Assembly: GCA_965226495.1 (NCBI GenBank)
Contig: OZ245365.1
Span: 4,992,001 to 5,056,000 of the forward strand
Length of the DNA stretch: 64,000 nucleotides
Reading direction: 5' to 3'
DNA from: Candidatus Marinacidobacterales bacterium
GTDB lineage: Bacteria > Acidobacteriota > Vicinamibacteria > Marinacidobacterales > DATDRI01
Positions 46,557 to 57,922 of this stretch are shown here, piece by piece. Under the pieces are notes generated by a model. The model was not told where the DNA came from and ran no database searches. It saw only the letters and a program-made list of their open reading frames with translations. Position 1 is the first letter of the stretch, and each line of letters starts with the position of its first letter. Made by a program: the position numbers and the translations under genes.

Positions 46557-48983
46557 TCACTCGGCGCGCAGCGCCTCAGTCGGATCCACCGAAGCCGCCC
46601 GCCGCGCCGGCACATAACACGCAACCACCGCGACCGCGAGCAAGATCACTGCCGTGGCGGCAAAGCTTGCGCCGTCGGTCGCACTCACCTCAAACAGTAG
46701 GCTCGAGAGCACGCGACCCAGAGCAAGAGCGGCGAAGAGGCCGATGGCGATACCAAAGAGCGTCAAGGCCAAGCCGCGGCCAAGAACCAGGCGCACCACG
46801 TCACCTCGACTCGCGCCTAACGCGATACGGACACCGAGTTCCCGGGTGCGGCCCCCGACGACCTGCGACAACAGCCCGTAGATTCCCACCGCGGCCAGCA
46901 GCAACGCGACCCCCGAAAAGATCCCCAGCAACAAAGCCGTGAGACGTTGCCTAGCCACCGAGCCCGCTAATACAGCTTCCATCGTCGTTACGTCGGAGAT
47001 CGCCAGGTCGGGGTCAAGTTCCCACACCGCGCGGCGCAGCGGCTCGGCCAGTGTTCCAGGGGTAATGTCGGCTCGCACGACAAGTGTTGCTCTTCTTGGC
47101 AGCCCGTAGCCATAAAAGGATTCTTGAGCGTGCGGAACGAAGACCGTTGGTTGCGGCGGCACCGCGAGGCCGTCATGGCGGACGTCTCCGACGACACCAA
47201 CGATCTCGAACGGCACTTCCTTCGGTTTGCTGGCGACGATGAGGACCCTTTGCCCTAACGCCTCATCCCCGCGAAAGAAGCTTCGCGCCAGCGTCTCGTT
47301 GACGATCACCACCCTCGGAGACGATTTCGTGTCGCTTGCCGTGAAGTCCCGGCCACGAAGGGGAATCCCGAGCGTGCGGAAGTATCCGGGCCCCACGGTT
47401 TGGTGCCCGACGGCCGGAAACGGATCTTGAGGACGAAACTCTCTGTCCACGTGCTCGAATCGCTCCGTGCGCAGTCCCTGCGCAAACGGTAGGTTGCTCA
47501 CATGGCTGACCGATCTCACCCCGGGGAGAGCTTCCAATTTGAGCACCAACTCCGGAAAGAAAGCCTCGACATCACCGGGTTCGGGGTAACGAACTTGCGG
47601 CAGTGAGATCCTCGCGCTCAGTACACTCGTTGGCTCGAAGCCCGGCTGAATCTGGACAAGGTTCCAGAAACTTCGCAGCAAGAGGGCGGAGCCCACCACC
47701 AATACCACCGCCAGGGCGATTTCGGCGACGACGAGGGCGCCACGCAATCGCGGGCGCCCCACACCCTCACCAATCTCACGGGCGCCCGAAACGAGGGCGG
47801 GACTCAAACTTCGACTTGAGGCACGTAACCCGGGGACCAGGCCGAAGGCGAGCGCGGACAATAGCGAGACCGCGAGCGTGAAAGCGGCCACGCCACCATC
47901 GACCCCGATCCGCTCCGCTCGCGGGAGGTTGCCGGGCTCTATGGCGAGAAGCGCATCGACGCCCCAAACCGCGAGTAGTAACCCCAGCGCTCCACCCGCG
48001 ATGGCGAGAACCAAACTCTCGGCCAAGGTTTGGCAAAGAAGTCGCCCTCGTCCGGCACCGAGCGCAGTCCGAATCGCCATTTCCTTCTGGCGCCCTTCGG
48101 CCCTCGCTAAGAACAAGCCGGCCACGTTGACGCACGCAATCAAAAGGACCAGCCCCACCGTCCCCAGGAGAACGAAGAGCGGCGTCCGAACACTGCCTAC
48201 CAGCTGCTCTTTCATCGTGACCGCATTCAACGGGTGGGCGTGCTCATAGTCGCTAGCCCAGCGCTCGCTTACGACGTCCATCTCGGCAAGTACCTGCGGT
48301 GTGCCGATCCGCGCTCGCGAGCGGCCTATCACAGTAAGGTAGTGGCCGGAGCGATCGGTGATGGAAGCCCGGTCGACAACGAGCGGGATCCAAAGCTGTG
48401 CAGCTGATGAAGGAAAAACAAAGGCTTCCGGCATGACGCCCACCACGGTGTAGCTCTCGCCATCCAAAAGGATCGCTCTATCCATCACAGCTGGATCGCC
48501 ACCGAAACGGCTTCGCCAAAGTCCGTCGCTCAACACGACCAGCGAGGCCCCGCCGGGACGATCCTCGCCAGGCAGAAAAACCCGCCCGAGTTTCGCTTCT
48601 GACCGTAGCACCGACCACAGGCCGGCACTGGTCATGCAGCCGGTAATTCGCAGGGGGCGTTCGTCGCCGGTTAGCACCGCTGGTCCGCAGGCGAAGGCTC
48701 CCAACTCCTCGAACAGATCCGTTTCGGCGCGATAGTCGAGAAACTCCGCTTCTGAAACTGGAAAGCGGCTTCGCCCCTGTTCAGGGAACTGCGTCCAAAC
48801 ATTAATAAGGGCGTTCGGTTCTTCGTACGGTAGCGGCTCGAGCAAAACGGCGTTGACGACACTAAAAATGGCGCTGTTCGCACCGATGCCGAGGGCCAAC
48901 GTGAGCACAGTCACCATCGCGAAGCCAGGTCGCTTTAGTAAGGTGCGGGTGGCCAACCGCAGGTCGTGAGCTAGATTCGCCAT
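46557..48983 (-). CDS. ADOP-type duplicated MacB/FtsX ABC permease
   Basis: [42 protein letters not shown]. Confidence 0.92.
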   Translation of the reverse strand: MANLAHDLRLATRTLLKRPGFAMVTVLTLALGIGANSAIFSVVNAVLLEPLPYEEPNALINVWTQFPEQGRSRFPVSEAEFLDYRAETDLFEELGAFACGPAVLTGDERPLRITGCMTSAGLWSVLRSEAKLGRVFLPGEDRPGGASLVVLSDGLWRSRFGGDPAVMDRAILLDGESYTVVGVMPEAFVFPSSAAQLWIPLVVDRASITDRSGHYLTVIGRSRARIGTPQVLAEMDVVSERWASDYEHAHPLNAVTMKEQLVGSVRTPLFVLLGTVGLVLLIACVNVAGLFLARAEGRQKEMAIRTALGAGRGRLLCQTLAESLVLAIAGGALGLLLAVWGVDALLAIEPGNLPRAERIGVDGGVAAFTLAVSLLSALAFGLVPGLRASSRSLSPALVSGAREIGEGVGRPRLRGALVVAEIALAVVLVVGSALLLRSFWNLVQIQPGFEPTSVLSARISLPQVRYPEPGDVEAFFPELVLKLEALPGVRSVSHVSNLPFAQGLRTERFEHVDREFRPQDPFPAVGHQTVGPGYFRTLGIPLRGRDFTASDTKSSPRVVIVNETLARSFFRGDEALGQRVLIVASKPKEVPFEIVGVVGDVRHDGLAVPPQPTVFVPHAQESFYGYGLPRRATLVVRADITPGTLAEPLRRAVWELDPDLAISDVTTMEAVLAGSVARQRLTALLLGIFSGVALLLAAVGIYGLLSQVVGGRTRELGVRIALGASRGDVVRLVLGRGLALTLFGIAIGLFAALALGRVLSSLLFEVSATDGASFAATAVILLAVAVVACYVPARRAASVDPTEALRAE

Positions 48984-49141
48984 GACAACTCCCTCCGAAC
49001 CGAAGGAAAGCAAAACGTAGGCCAACACAATACTCGCGTGGGACACCGTTTTGCGGCGGGGTCGCATGGAAAGCGTCCAGTTTCGGGACGCGCAAGGTTC
49101 CAAGATCGGACAGAATCGAATTGAGCGGTGAGTGACTACCC

Positions 49142-49829
49142 TCAGAGTCGGATCAGAATCTCTTCAAGTCGTTTTCTGTGGAGATCGGGAACCTCGGCGC
49201 CCTTGGCGGGGTAGCCCACCGGAATAAGAACGAACGGTGTTTCGTTGGTAGGTCGCTTCAAGATCTCGCGAAGAAACTTCATAGGGCTTGGAGTGTGGGT
49301 CAGAGTCGCGAGACCCGCGTTGTGTAGCGCCGCGAGAAGCATGCCCACCGCAATCCCCACCGACTCGACAACGTAATAGTGCTTGCGCTTGACCAGGGTA
49401 CCGTCGTCGAGCGCAGCGTTTTCGAGACCATAGTCGATGCGAAATACTACGATCAGATACGGGGCGATCTCCAAAAACTCCTTGTGCCAGTCGGTTCCTA
49501 GGGGCGCCAAGGCTTCTTTCCATTCTTCCGGCATCCGCCGTTCGTAGTTCTCGCGCTCCTCTGCTTCCGCTGCTTCACGAATCCGGCTCTTGATTTGCGG
49601 GTCGGAGACCACCACGAACCGCCATGGCTGTTGATGAGCGCCGGAGGGTGCGGTTCCCGCCGTTTGGATCGCGCGTTCGATAAGGTGGAACGAAACCGGG
49701 CTGGGCGAGAAGTCTCGCACCGTTCGGCGGCGATCCATTACGTCATTAGAACTCCCGCGCCCTCCGCCGTTGCTCGTTTTCTTCGAGTTCGTCGAAACGA
49801 AGCGGTATGAACTTGGGAGTTCCTCTCAT
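49142..49829 (-). CDS. Nitroreductase family, iodotyrosine deiodinase-like (1-nt insertion near 49746)
   Basis: [26 protein letters not shown]. Upstream [10 protein letters not shown]...REF joins if one A is removed. Confidence 0.85.
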
Positions 49830-49880
49830 GAGTTCACACGTCGAGCTCGGGCGGACGACACCGAGTGCCCCTCGAACCTC

Positions 49881-51242
49881 TCACACTTTGAAGAAGGCTT
49901 CCTTTTCCGCCATCGGCGCCCCCTTCAACAGGTGCCTGGCAAGATGAAGGGACATCTTCATCGAGTGATCGGAATTGTTGTACCAGTAGGCGCCGGTGCG
50001 ACCGAGAAGCTTCAAGTTCTTGAACGGTTTCGCCATGCGCGCCGCAGCCGAGAAGCTTTCCTTGTAGCAAAGATCGTAAATCGGATAGGTGTCGCGAACT
50101 TTCTCGACGTGCACCGCCCCAAAGTCATCGAGAGAACGAACCAATTTCAACCGGACGAGATCGGATTTGATCCGGGTTATCAGCGCCTCTGGATCGCACC
50201 ACGCCTCGGCACCCTCAAAGCAGGTGACTTCGACGCAGAGCCCAGTCTTTCCGGAAGGCGACATGTAAGGAGCGAGCTCCTTGGTGATGGTCACGCGGGA
50301 AATGACAGTATCGGCGCTGCCGTAGTAGATCCACTGTTCGTGCTCCAACACGTCGGCGTGGACTTCGATGTTGAAAAGCACCGTTGATAGATACCGGATC
50401 GCCGGAGGCTCCTTCCCAAGAAGCCGCGCGAGGGCAATCAGATTTCCGCTCCAAACCAGGTGCTTGGGTCTAAGCTTGGTCCCGTTGGTAAGCTCCACTT
50501 CTTCGATTTTCCCATCCTGCGCATGGATCGCGGTGACCGTATCGTTGAGCCGGATCTCGCCGCCAATTTGAGGGATCTGTTCCGCCAGCTTCTCGCAAAA
50601 AGTACCGAAGCCCCCGTAGCTAGGATAAAGAAACTTGGTCACCACCGGACGAGGCAGAAGCACGTTGCGCACCAGGTCGAGAAGGGACTCGCTCTTGACC
50701 CGATTATCGATCACCGCACGATTGATCCCAGTCGTAGCCCAATCCACATGAACATCTTCGCAGGGGATCTGAAGAAACTTCTCGGTGTACGGCTTGAAGA
50801 AGAGGCGATACAGGGTGTCTCCATAGCGGGAGCGCGTGTACTCTGTAAAAGACTTGTCGTCCGCCGGTGGCCGTCGTCTCAGCAGGTCGAGTCCCGACGA
50901 GAACATGACGGGAAGCGGCAGTCGAAACAGGGCGCGACTGTCGAGTGGCCAAGCGAAATACTTTCCAAACAAGTGCACCGAGCTCGACCGGTCCACCACG
51001 AGGTAGTCGTCACCCAGCACCTCGAGAAGAAAGTCCATGACTTCTTTGTCTTCGGTGTGGAATCGCTTGGGTCCGACATCGAAGGTGAAGCCGTTGTAGT
51101 GAAACGAGCGAGCCAGTCCACCGACCACATCGTTGCGCTCGACGACGGTCACCTGCTGTTTCTCCTTGAGGACCGCGTGGGCGAAGGTGAGACCGGCCAC
51201 GCCGGCACCCACTACTAGGAAGTCTTTGTCAGTACTCATCAC
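49881..51242 (-). CDS. FAD-dependent oxidoreductase (protoporphyrinogen oxidase/Glf-like)
   Basis: GAGVAG, FDVGPKRF, GRTGAYWYNNSDH. Confidence 0.82.
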   Translation of the reverse strand: MMSTDKDFLVVGAGVAGLTFAHAVLKEKQQVTVVERNDVVGGLARSFHYNGFTFDVGPKRFHTEDKEVMDFLLEVLGDDYLVVDRSSSVHLFGKYFAWPLDSRALFRLPLPVMFSSGLDLLRRRPPADDKSFTEYTRSRYGDTLYRLFFKPYTEKFLQIPCEDVHVDWATTGINRAVIDNRVKSESLLDLVRNVLLPRPVVTKFLYPSYGGFGTFCEKLAEQIPQIGGEIRLNDTVTAIHAQDGKIEEVELTNGTKLRPKHLVWSGNLIALARLLGKEPPAIRYLSTVLFNIEVHADVLEHEQWIYYGSADTVISRVTITKELAPYMSPSGKTGLCVEVTCFEGAEAWCDPEALITRIKSDLVRLKLVRSLDDFGAVHVEKVRDTYPIYDLCYKESFSAAARMAKPFKNLKLLGRTGAYWYNNSDHSMKMSLHLARHLLKGAPMAEKEAFFKV

Positions 51243-51315
51243 TCGACCCGTGCAATCGGCTACTCTAGCACGGGCGACGACGGGTCGGAAACGCCGGGCC
51301 CTATTAGGGGAGGCG

Positions 51316-53307
51316 TTAGGATGGAGTAACTTGGAAGATGGTCGCGCCGGCGTTGGAATAGACCTCGCGAAAAAGCCAGGGGGCCTCCCAGAGCTTTCGG
51401 ACTAGCTCCCCTCGCACCGCGACTTCGCGGGTGCCGATGACCAGATAGTCGATTCCCGCCTCCGACGCCAACTCGTGAGCTCTCACCGGATCGCGAGATA
51501 CGAAAATGGGCCGCAGCTGCCGTTCTCTTTTCCGGTATTTGCGGTTGTCGAGGAGGAAGATAGGAAACCCAACCGCCATCCGTCTCTCCGCAAGGGCGGG
51601 TATCAGTGCCCATTCCCCGGGCTCGCGCGCGCGTATATCCCACTGAACCACGGCGTCTAAAGGGGTATTGGACCGGATCCACGAAAGAGCTTGGTAATCC
51701 GAGCGATCGACGATGGTCGTCCAACGAAACGTCCCGCGGGAAAAGTCTCGATTGGTGACGTCCTGAGCGTTATAGACATCGAGCACCGCGGTGAGCAAGC
51801 CCGGCACCAAAATGACCAGCAGTGCCCAACGCCTCCGATTTCCGATCGTGACCGCTACCATCAGAAAGAGTGCCACCAGGAGAATGCTGCCGGCGCGCCA
51901 AGCCATCCAAACGCCAGGGTAACTCCCGATATCCATGAAGAGAATGGCCATCAACGCCATTCCCGCCAGCGCCGTGATCGGTCGTGCGTAGCGGTCCGCG
52001 AGAGCGGGAAGCCCAAGGAAGAAGAGCGGCCCCGCCTCGAGCAGCAATAGGGCAGGCACCTCGGCAAGGCGAGGCACGCGGGGAACCAGGGCCCCGCCAG
52101 CTTCGTCGAAGAAACCGAGCGCGAAATACCAACCGAGAAAAGCAAGCGCCGTCGTTCCCACAATGAAGAGGTCGCGCAACAAATAGCTCTTTTGACCTCC
52201 CTCCATCGTGCGGCCCATGACGAGCCAAGGGCCCGCGATCATAGCGGTGACGATACTGGTGCCGGCCATGGCTCCGAGGACGACCCCTGCGAGAATCGAG
52301 CTCGCAATCCCACGCGGCTCACCTCGATAGAGAAGAAGAACCAAGATCAAGAGGAGGCTGTACGAGTAAAGATGTTGGGGTGTGTAAAGGAGCGAACGAT
52401 GGAGACCATCGAGAGAAGTGAGCTCGAAGAACCAACGCGAGAAGGCATCCACGTTCATATCCCGGAAACTTCCCAAGGGTTCGCCGATCCAGGCGGCGCG
52501 AACCAGAGCCGCCAAGCCCTCGTAGCTTGCCGCCGCTACTCCGATGACGACCGCGGCGAAGGCGTAACGCGGGCTACGGGCCAACCGACAGCCAGCCGCG
52601 AAGGCAAGCATTGTGAAGAGCAAGCTACTTCCAAGGTTCGTCAAAATGAGCGCCGGTTGGTTTCCGATCCAACCTCCGACCACAGCGGGCAAGAGGAAGA
52701 AAAGCCATTGGTAGCCGAGCGACCGACCGACGTAGAAAGGATTCTGGGGTGGGAAATCCCCTTTTTGAAGCTCCCCTACGATCGAGAGGTGGGTCATGAG
52801 GTCGGCGCTGAAGTAGGCTCGATAGGCGAAACCTTCCACGGCTTCTTGCCCGATTCGCAGGTAAGGCAGCGCTACCAAACTCATCACAACGGCTAGAGTC
52901 GCTACAAGCCAGAGGCGCGCCTCCTGCCCTTCTTTCCGGAAGCTGATTTGCGGTCGACGGGCCGCGTATACGATCACCGCGGTGACGGCGACGAGGGCGA
53001 AGCCGAGCTTGATCGGCGTCAGAACTCCGAGGCGATAGAGCAAGCTGGCCACCAGCGTGCTAAGGAAGTATCCAATGGCAATGCCGGCGGCGTGTCGTTC
53101 GCGGCCCGAGAACCATCGCCCTGCGAGCGCCCAACCAGGGGCGGCGAACAATGCGAGTGAGACGGCGAAGACGAGCACACGCCCAAGCGAGCCGGAGACC
53201 ACCGTCGCCAACACAACTCCCGCCGCCACGACGACGGCGACGCAAGCCAGGCTGAAATACCGCCAGCCGTCGCTTGCTATTTGGTGGCCCGGATCATGAT
53301 GTGCCAT
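51316..53307 (-). CDS. Polytopic membrane protein, GT-C-like
   Basis: About 13 TMs; D..TH, FPPQNPF, WIRSNTPLDAVV. Confidence 0.65.
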   Translation of the reverse strand: MAHHDPGHQIASDGWRYFSLACVAVVVAAGVVLATVVSGSLGRVLVFAVSLALFAAPGWALAGRWFSGRERHAAGIAIGYFLSTLVASLLYRLGVLTPIKLGFALVAVTAVIVYAARRPQISFRKEGQEARLWLVATLAVVMSLVALPYLRIGQEAVEGFAYRAYFSADLMTHLSIVGELQKGDFPPQNPFYVGRSLGYQWLFFLLPAVVGGWIGNQPALILTNLGSSLLFTMLAFAAGCRLARSPRYAFAAVVIGVAAASYEGLAALVRAAWIGEPLGSFRDMNVDAFSRWFFELTSLDGLHRSLLYTPQHLYSYSLLLILVLLLYRGEPRGIASSILAGVVLGAMAGTSIVTAMIAGPWLVMGRTMEGGQKSYLLRDLFIVGTTALAFLGWYFALGFFDEAGGALVPRVPRLAEVPALLLLEAGPLFFLGLPALADRYARPITALAGMALMAILFMDIGSYPGVWMAWRAGSILLVALFLMVAVTIGNRRRWALLVILVPGLLTAVLDVYNAQDVTNRDFSRGTFRWTTIVDRSDYQALSWIRSNTPLDAVVQWDIRAREPGEWALIPALAERRMAVGFPIFLLDNRKYRKRERQLRPIFVSRDPVRAHELASEAGIDYLVIGTREVAVRGELVRKLWEAPWLFREVYSNAGATIFQVTPS

Positions 53308-54050
53308 CCCAAGGGTCGCTTGATCCGATCGGGAAGTAGCTCGAAGAAAGGAACGAGCACGTAGTTGTTGAGTTTAGCGAAAAAATTATCGAACTTGAGG
53401 GTGCGTTTCGGGAATCGATCGACATGGATTTGAACGTCCCGGAAACGGTGAAACATTTTGCGGCACTCGCTGGTCGAATAGCGCCGAATGATGGGAGCGT
53501 CCTTCTTCGCATGTTCGATATTGGTACCGGAAAGAACCGCCGCCAGGTTGAACCACGAATAGCGGTTGTAGAGCATGATGATGGCTTCCCCGCCGGTCCG
53601 AAGCACCCGATAGACCTCATCGATCGACTTCTCGGTGTCGACGGTGTGGTGAAGCACACCATGTGAGTAGACGACGTTGAAGGAACCGTCGGGAAAGTCG
53701 AGAGACTCTGCGTTGCCGACCCGTAGGTTGCCTTGATAGCCTTCGCGCGCCAGGTTCGCGGTGGCAAGCTGGATCCCGTTCGGCGTGAGATCGACTGCGC
53801 TCACGTCAGCCCCGGCGCGCGCGAATTGCAAAAGGTCCATTCCAACGCCGCATCCTATCTCGAGAACTTTCTTGCCCTTGTATCTCGAAAACCCGACGTA
53901 GTCCCGCAGATAGTCGATCTTGTCGTAGCGATAGCGTTCGAGGGCGTCGAAGAACTCGGGAGATCCAACGGGGAGGTCGGTGACCTCGATGTCGTTGACG
54001 AACTCGTTCCAATACGCCCGAACGTCCTCGAGCGAGGTTGCATCAGTCAT
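53277..54050 (-). CDS. Class I SAM-dependent methyltransferase
   Basis: VLEIGCGVG, SHGVLHH. Confidence 0.9.
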   Translation of the reverse strand: MTDATSLEDVRAYWNEFVNDIEVTDLPVGSPEFFDALERYRYDKIDYLRDYVGFSRYKGKKVLEIGCGVGMDLLQFARAGADVSAVDLTPNGIQLATANLAREGYQGNLRVGNAESLDFPDGSFNVVYSHGVLHHTVDTEKSIDEVYRVLRTGGEAIIMLYNRYSWFNLAAVLSGTNIEHAKKDAPIIRRYSTSECRKMFHRFRDVQIHVDRFPKRTLKFDNFFAKLNNYVLVPFFELLPDRIKRPLGWHIMIRATK

Positions 54051-54242
54051 GGAGAGGCGGGAGTCTACCAAGGGGACCACAACCCGTCAAGTTTCGTCGA
54101 GTGATTCGAGGATCTCATGCCCTTCCTTGATTTCAGAACACCGTCGCCTTATGATGTTAAAGTCTTGGCCACAAATTCAAAAAGAAAAATTTAGTCCTAT
54201 CTCAATGAAGCGTCGAAACAACCCTGGCCATCGTGTGTCTCT

Positions 54243-55223
54243 ATGCCCGATCCCGCATCCTCCGATTTCATAGAAGAGTTCGCTCGCGACGTCGGGGACG
54301 GCCTGCGAAGCGAGCCTAAGTTTCTGCTCGCCAAGTACTTCTACGATGAGGCCGGCTCCAAGCTATTCGAGCAAATCACCGATCTACCGGAATACTATCC
54401 GACCCGGACCGAAGCTACCATTCTTCGCGAGAATGCCTCGGACATTCGCGACGCGCTGGAAGGCGACATCAGCCTCGTTGAGTTGGGTAGTGGGAGCTCG
54501 ACGAAGACAACCATCCTCCTCGAGAACATCATGGAGGCTCAGAAACAGCTTCACTACCTTCCCATCGACATCTCGCCCACTATTCTCGACCAAACGGCCC
54601 GCAAGTTGGATGCTCGTTACCCACGACTGACCACGATACCCATAGCCTCCGAGTACGGTGACGGGTTGCGGCGAGCCACTCGCATCGCGGTGGAGGAGCC
54701 TGAGGTCGCGGACAGGAAGCTGGTTCTCTTTCTCGGCTCGAGCATCGGCAACTTCGAGCCCCGGCAAGCGGGGGCCTTCCTCGATACGGTCCGCGATGGC
54801 ATCGCGCGCGACGATGCGCTCTTAATCGGATTTGACCTCCAAAAGGACAAGAATGTTCTGGAGGCCGCCTACGATGATGGCGCCGGCGTCACCGCCCGTT
54901 TTAATCTCAACATCCTGACGCGCATCAATCGAGAACTGGGTGGGGACTTCGATTTGGAGGTGTTCCGTCATCGAGCAGTATATAACGCGGCAGCCGGGAG
55001 AATTGAGATGCACTTGGTGTCTCAGAAGAACCAGGAAGTGCGTATTGAGAAGTTGGAGGAGAGCTTCCGTTTGGAGAAGGACGAATACATCCACACCGAG
55101 AGCTCCTACAAGTACACTAGACCCCTCATCGAATGGATTGCCCACTCCGCCCACTTCGAAGTGGGCAAAGTGTTCACCGACGACAACAAGTGGTTCGCTG
55201 TGGCTCTTTTCTTTCCCACCTAA
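54243..55223 (+). CDS. egtD: L-histidine N-alpha-methyltransferase
   Basis: KYFYDEAGS, PEYYPTRTE, FLGSSIGNF, AYDD..GVT, HTESSYKY. Confidence 0.88.
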   Translation: MPDPASSDFIEEFARDVGDGLRSEPKFLLAKYFYDEAGSKLFEQITDLPEYYPTRTEATILRENASDIRDALEGDISLVELGSGSSTKTTILLENIMEAQKQLHYLPIDISPTILDQTARKLDARYPRLTTIPIASEYGDGLRRATRIAVEEPEVADRKLVLFLGSSIGNFEPRQAGAFLDTVRDGIARDDALLIGFDLQKDKNVLEAAYDDGAGVTARFNLNILTRINRELGGDFDLEVFRHRAVYNAAAGRIEMHLVSQKNQEVRIEKLEESFRLEKDEYIHTESSYKYTRPLIEWIAHSAHFEVGKVFTDDNKWFAVALFFPT

Positions 55224-55257
55224 CCCCCACCGTTTGTGGGCCCGGCCCGGCCCGCAT

Positions 55258-57099
55258 ATGATTCCTAGGATGTTTCAGCGTCGTCATGCTCTAGGCGTGC
55301 TCTTCGCCATTGGAATCGTTCTGCTGGGGTTTTCTCTGTCCGTGGATTACCCTCAGCAGGCGGGAGCAATGTGGAGTGATGAGGCCACCTATTACACGAT
55401 GGCCCACAGCCTCGCTGTCGACGGCGACCTCCGCTTCACACGCAAGGATCTGGAGCGTGTGTATCGAGAGTTTCGCGGAGGCCCCTCCGGAATTTTCCTC
55501 AAGCGGGGACGGGAAGGCTCCCTGGCGTTTGGCAGCCCGTTTCCCCTCGTCATCCGTGACGGTGAGGTAACCGAGGAGATTTACTTCGCCAAGTCTTTTT
55601 TGTACTCGGTAGCAGCGGCGCCATGGGTGCGACTCTTCGGAACCCACGGCATGCTCGTCCTTCACACGCTAGCGGTGATGGCGGTCTTGGTTTGCGGATA
55701 CCTCTTCCTCGCCGCGACGAGCTCACCGGGCGTGTCTCTCGGGTACACGTTGACGTTTTTTTTCGCCTCGGTCGTGCCGGCTTACTTCGTGTGGCTGACG
55801 CCCGAGATTTTCAACTTGAGCCTCGTCTTTCTAGGCGCCTTCTTCTGGCTGTACAAGGAGAGAGCGCCGGCGCCACCGAAATTGCTGAGAGGGCTCACTT
55901 CGGATCTCATCGCGGCGGCCATCTTCGGCGCGGTCACCTATTCGAAGCCTTCGAACGTCTTCGTGATCCTCCCGGTGCTCGCACTTCTCGCGATGCGGCG
56001 ACAATGGAAGCGGGGTCTTGTCACCGGCGCCCTCTTCGGAATCGTTCTTAGCGGATTCTTTGTCGTGAACTTGGCGGTGACCGGCGAGATGAATTACCAG
56101 GGCGGCGACAGGAAGACCTTTTATGGGCGTTACCCTTTTCAGCGCCCAGACCTCAATTTCGAGAACACCGGACTCGCGAAAGTCACCGCCGAGATCTACA
56201 CCCAACAACCCTGGGACATCGTGGTTCACGACCTTTATTTTTTTCACATCGGGCGTTTTTCCGGCATCGCCATCTACTTCTTCCCTGCGTTGGTCGCGGT
56301 GGCGCTCTTCGCCTTCGGCCCTAAGAAGAATTGGCAATGGATGATTCTCGCGCTGGCCACGTTCGACTGTTTGCTTCTCATCGTCTGGATGCCGGTCAAC
56401 TACTTCGGGGGGGGTGGTACGCTAGGGAATCGCTATTTTCTGAACATCTACCCCCTCTACTTTTTTCTTACTCCGACACTCTTGCGACCTCTACTGGCCA
56501 TTTTTCCTTCATGGATCATGGCAAGCGTCTTCCTGACCTCGATTTTGGTCAATCCCTTCGCCGCGGCACGCCGCCCCGGCCAACACGCGACCACGGGTCT
56601 CTTCAAGTGGCTACCGGTCGAGCTTTCTCTCATCAACGATCTGCCCACCAACGTTGACCCCGCGAAATTTCGACAAAGGTTCGAAGACGGCTACCTGGGT
56701 TACTTCCTGGATAACAACACGTGGGGACGAGAGCGCTACCGAGGTGTCGGTTTCTGGGTGCGGGGCGAAACGAAAGCTGAAATGGTCGTTCGTACTCGTT
56801 TCCCGCTCGACAAGCTGATCGTTCGCGTGTTGAACGTGAGTGTTCCCAACCGGATCACGGTGTGCGTTCCCGGCGGCTGCGAAACATCGGACTACGAGCC
56901 TGGCGAGAAAAAGATTCTAGAGCTCCCCGCCGGACGGGGTTTCCCCTACGAGGACTTCGGAGCGCGCAGCTACTGCTATTTGGTGACGATTGCTCCAGAG
57001 CAAGGAGAGGTTCCCATGTTGGCCCGGCGTGGCGAAGGTGACAGCCGATACCTAGGGGCATTCATCTACATCGAGCCCGATCCGTACCCAGGAATATAG
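55258..57099 (+). CDS. Polytopic membrane protein, GT-C-like
   Basis: WSDEATYY, multiple TMs, GGGGTLGNRYF. Confidence 0.68.
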   Translation: MIPRMFQRRHALGVLFAIGIVLLGFSLSVDYPQQAGAMWSDEATYYTMAHSLAVDGDLRFTRKDLERVYREFRGGPSGIFLKRGREGSLAFGSPFPLVIRDGEVTEEIYFAKSFLYSVAAAPWVRLFGTHGMLVLHTLAVMAVLVCGYLFLAATSSPGVSLGYTLTFFFASVVPAYFVWLTPEIFNLSLVFLGAFFWLYKERAPAPPKLLRGLTSDLIAAAIFGAVTYSKPSNVFVILPVLALLAMRRQWKRGLVTGALFGIVLSGFFVVNLAVTGEMNYQGGDRKTFYGRYPFQRPDLNFENTGLAKVTAEIYTQQPWDIVVHDLYFFHIGRFSGIAIYFFPALVAVALFAFGPKKNWQWMILALATFDCLLLIVWMPVNYFGGGGTLGNRYFLNIYPLYFFLTPTLLRPLLAIFPSWIMASVFLTSILVNPFAAARRPGQHATTGLFKWLPVELSLINDLPTNVDPAKFRQRFEDGYLGYFLDNNTWGRERYRGVGFWVRGETKAEMVVRTRFPLDKLIVRVLNVSVPNRITVCVPGGCETSDYEPGEKKILELPAGRGFPYEDFGARSYCYLVTIAPEQGEVPMLARRGEGDSRYLGAFIYIEPDPYPGI

Positions 57100-57129
57100 A
57101 ACGTCCCGCCGGTATCGTACCGCGACGTG

Positions 57130-57290
57130 GAGCCCTCAGCCGCCGCGCAGCTGCCCGCCGGCCGCAGCGAGCCTGCCGAGCGGAGGCCAGGGGCCGAACA
57201 CTGCCCTGAGCTTATGCGCAGTCGCTTAGTCGACGAAGCATGACGGCGTGGGGGTGGGGCCCCGCGCCATTTATCGAAGAGTGAGGCCCC
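57130..57290 (+). repeat. GTGGGG-loop hairpin repeat, copy D
   Basis: GGCGTGGGG-GTGGGG-CCCCGCGCC (57245-57268). Flanks match copy C. Confidence 0.8.
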
Positions 57291-57319
57291 GAGTGAGTCG
57301 AAGTCGCCGGACAGCGAAG

Positions 57320-57922
57320 CTAAAGTATCAGAGACTCACGCTCGAGGAAGTAAGGGGCGATGGTACTTGCATCCAATCCTGAGAGATGTCGTTCCAGGGT
57401 CTCGATGACAATCGAGTCTAGCTGACTTCGGACGAGGCCTTGCGGATCATGTTCTCCCAAGCGCATCCCCATTCCATGGGGAAGAGTGGAGACATCTGAA
57501 CGGTCGGTGGTCCAAACGACTTTTCCCTCGGCCTCAAACAGTGAAGCGTTATTGGGATTGGCGAGAAACAAAACCAGCGTTGACTCCAACGGAAGAACCT
57601 TTTGCGCGGCGAGGAACACTCCGCCTCGACTCAAGTTCAAGACTTGCCCAGAGAGAAACTCCTCTCCACACTGGAGGACGATGGAAAGATCGGTCGGCAC
57701 GCGGAGACGCTGCCGATCCTTCACGCGCCGGCGGATGTCCTGGACTGAAAAGTGATGCGTCACCGGCTGACGAGGGATTCCGTTATACGCCGTGAGCAGA
57801 TCATAAAAGCTCTTCAGCTCGAACCACCGGCTCTCCACCTCCGGCGGAAGCAAACCGCCGGAGTGAACTTTTTCGTCGTTGAGGGCAGAGAACTCACCAA
57901 CCAGATCTAGGACTGTTTTCAT
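57320..57922 (-). CDS. PilZ domain protein
   Basis: RQRLR and NLSRGG c-di-GMP motifs; GMGMR. Confidence 0.82.
   Translation of the reverse strand: MKTVLDLVGEFSALNDEKVHSGGLLPPEVESRWFELKSFYDLLTAYNGIPRQPVTHHFSVQDIRRRVKDRQRLRVPTDLSIVLQCGEEFLSGQVLNLSRGGVFLAAQKVLPLESTLVLFLANPNNASLFEAEGKVVWTTDRSDVSTLPHGMGMRLGEHDPQGLVRSQLDSIVIETLERHLSGLDASTIAPYFLERESLIL

Noticed and set aside
54940-55257. N-terminal extensions in the ORF track (also 11318, 18531, 34825, 40545, 49103, 60537)
   Set aside because: They overlap adjacent genes or precede better RBS/signal-peptide starts.
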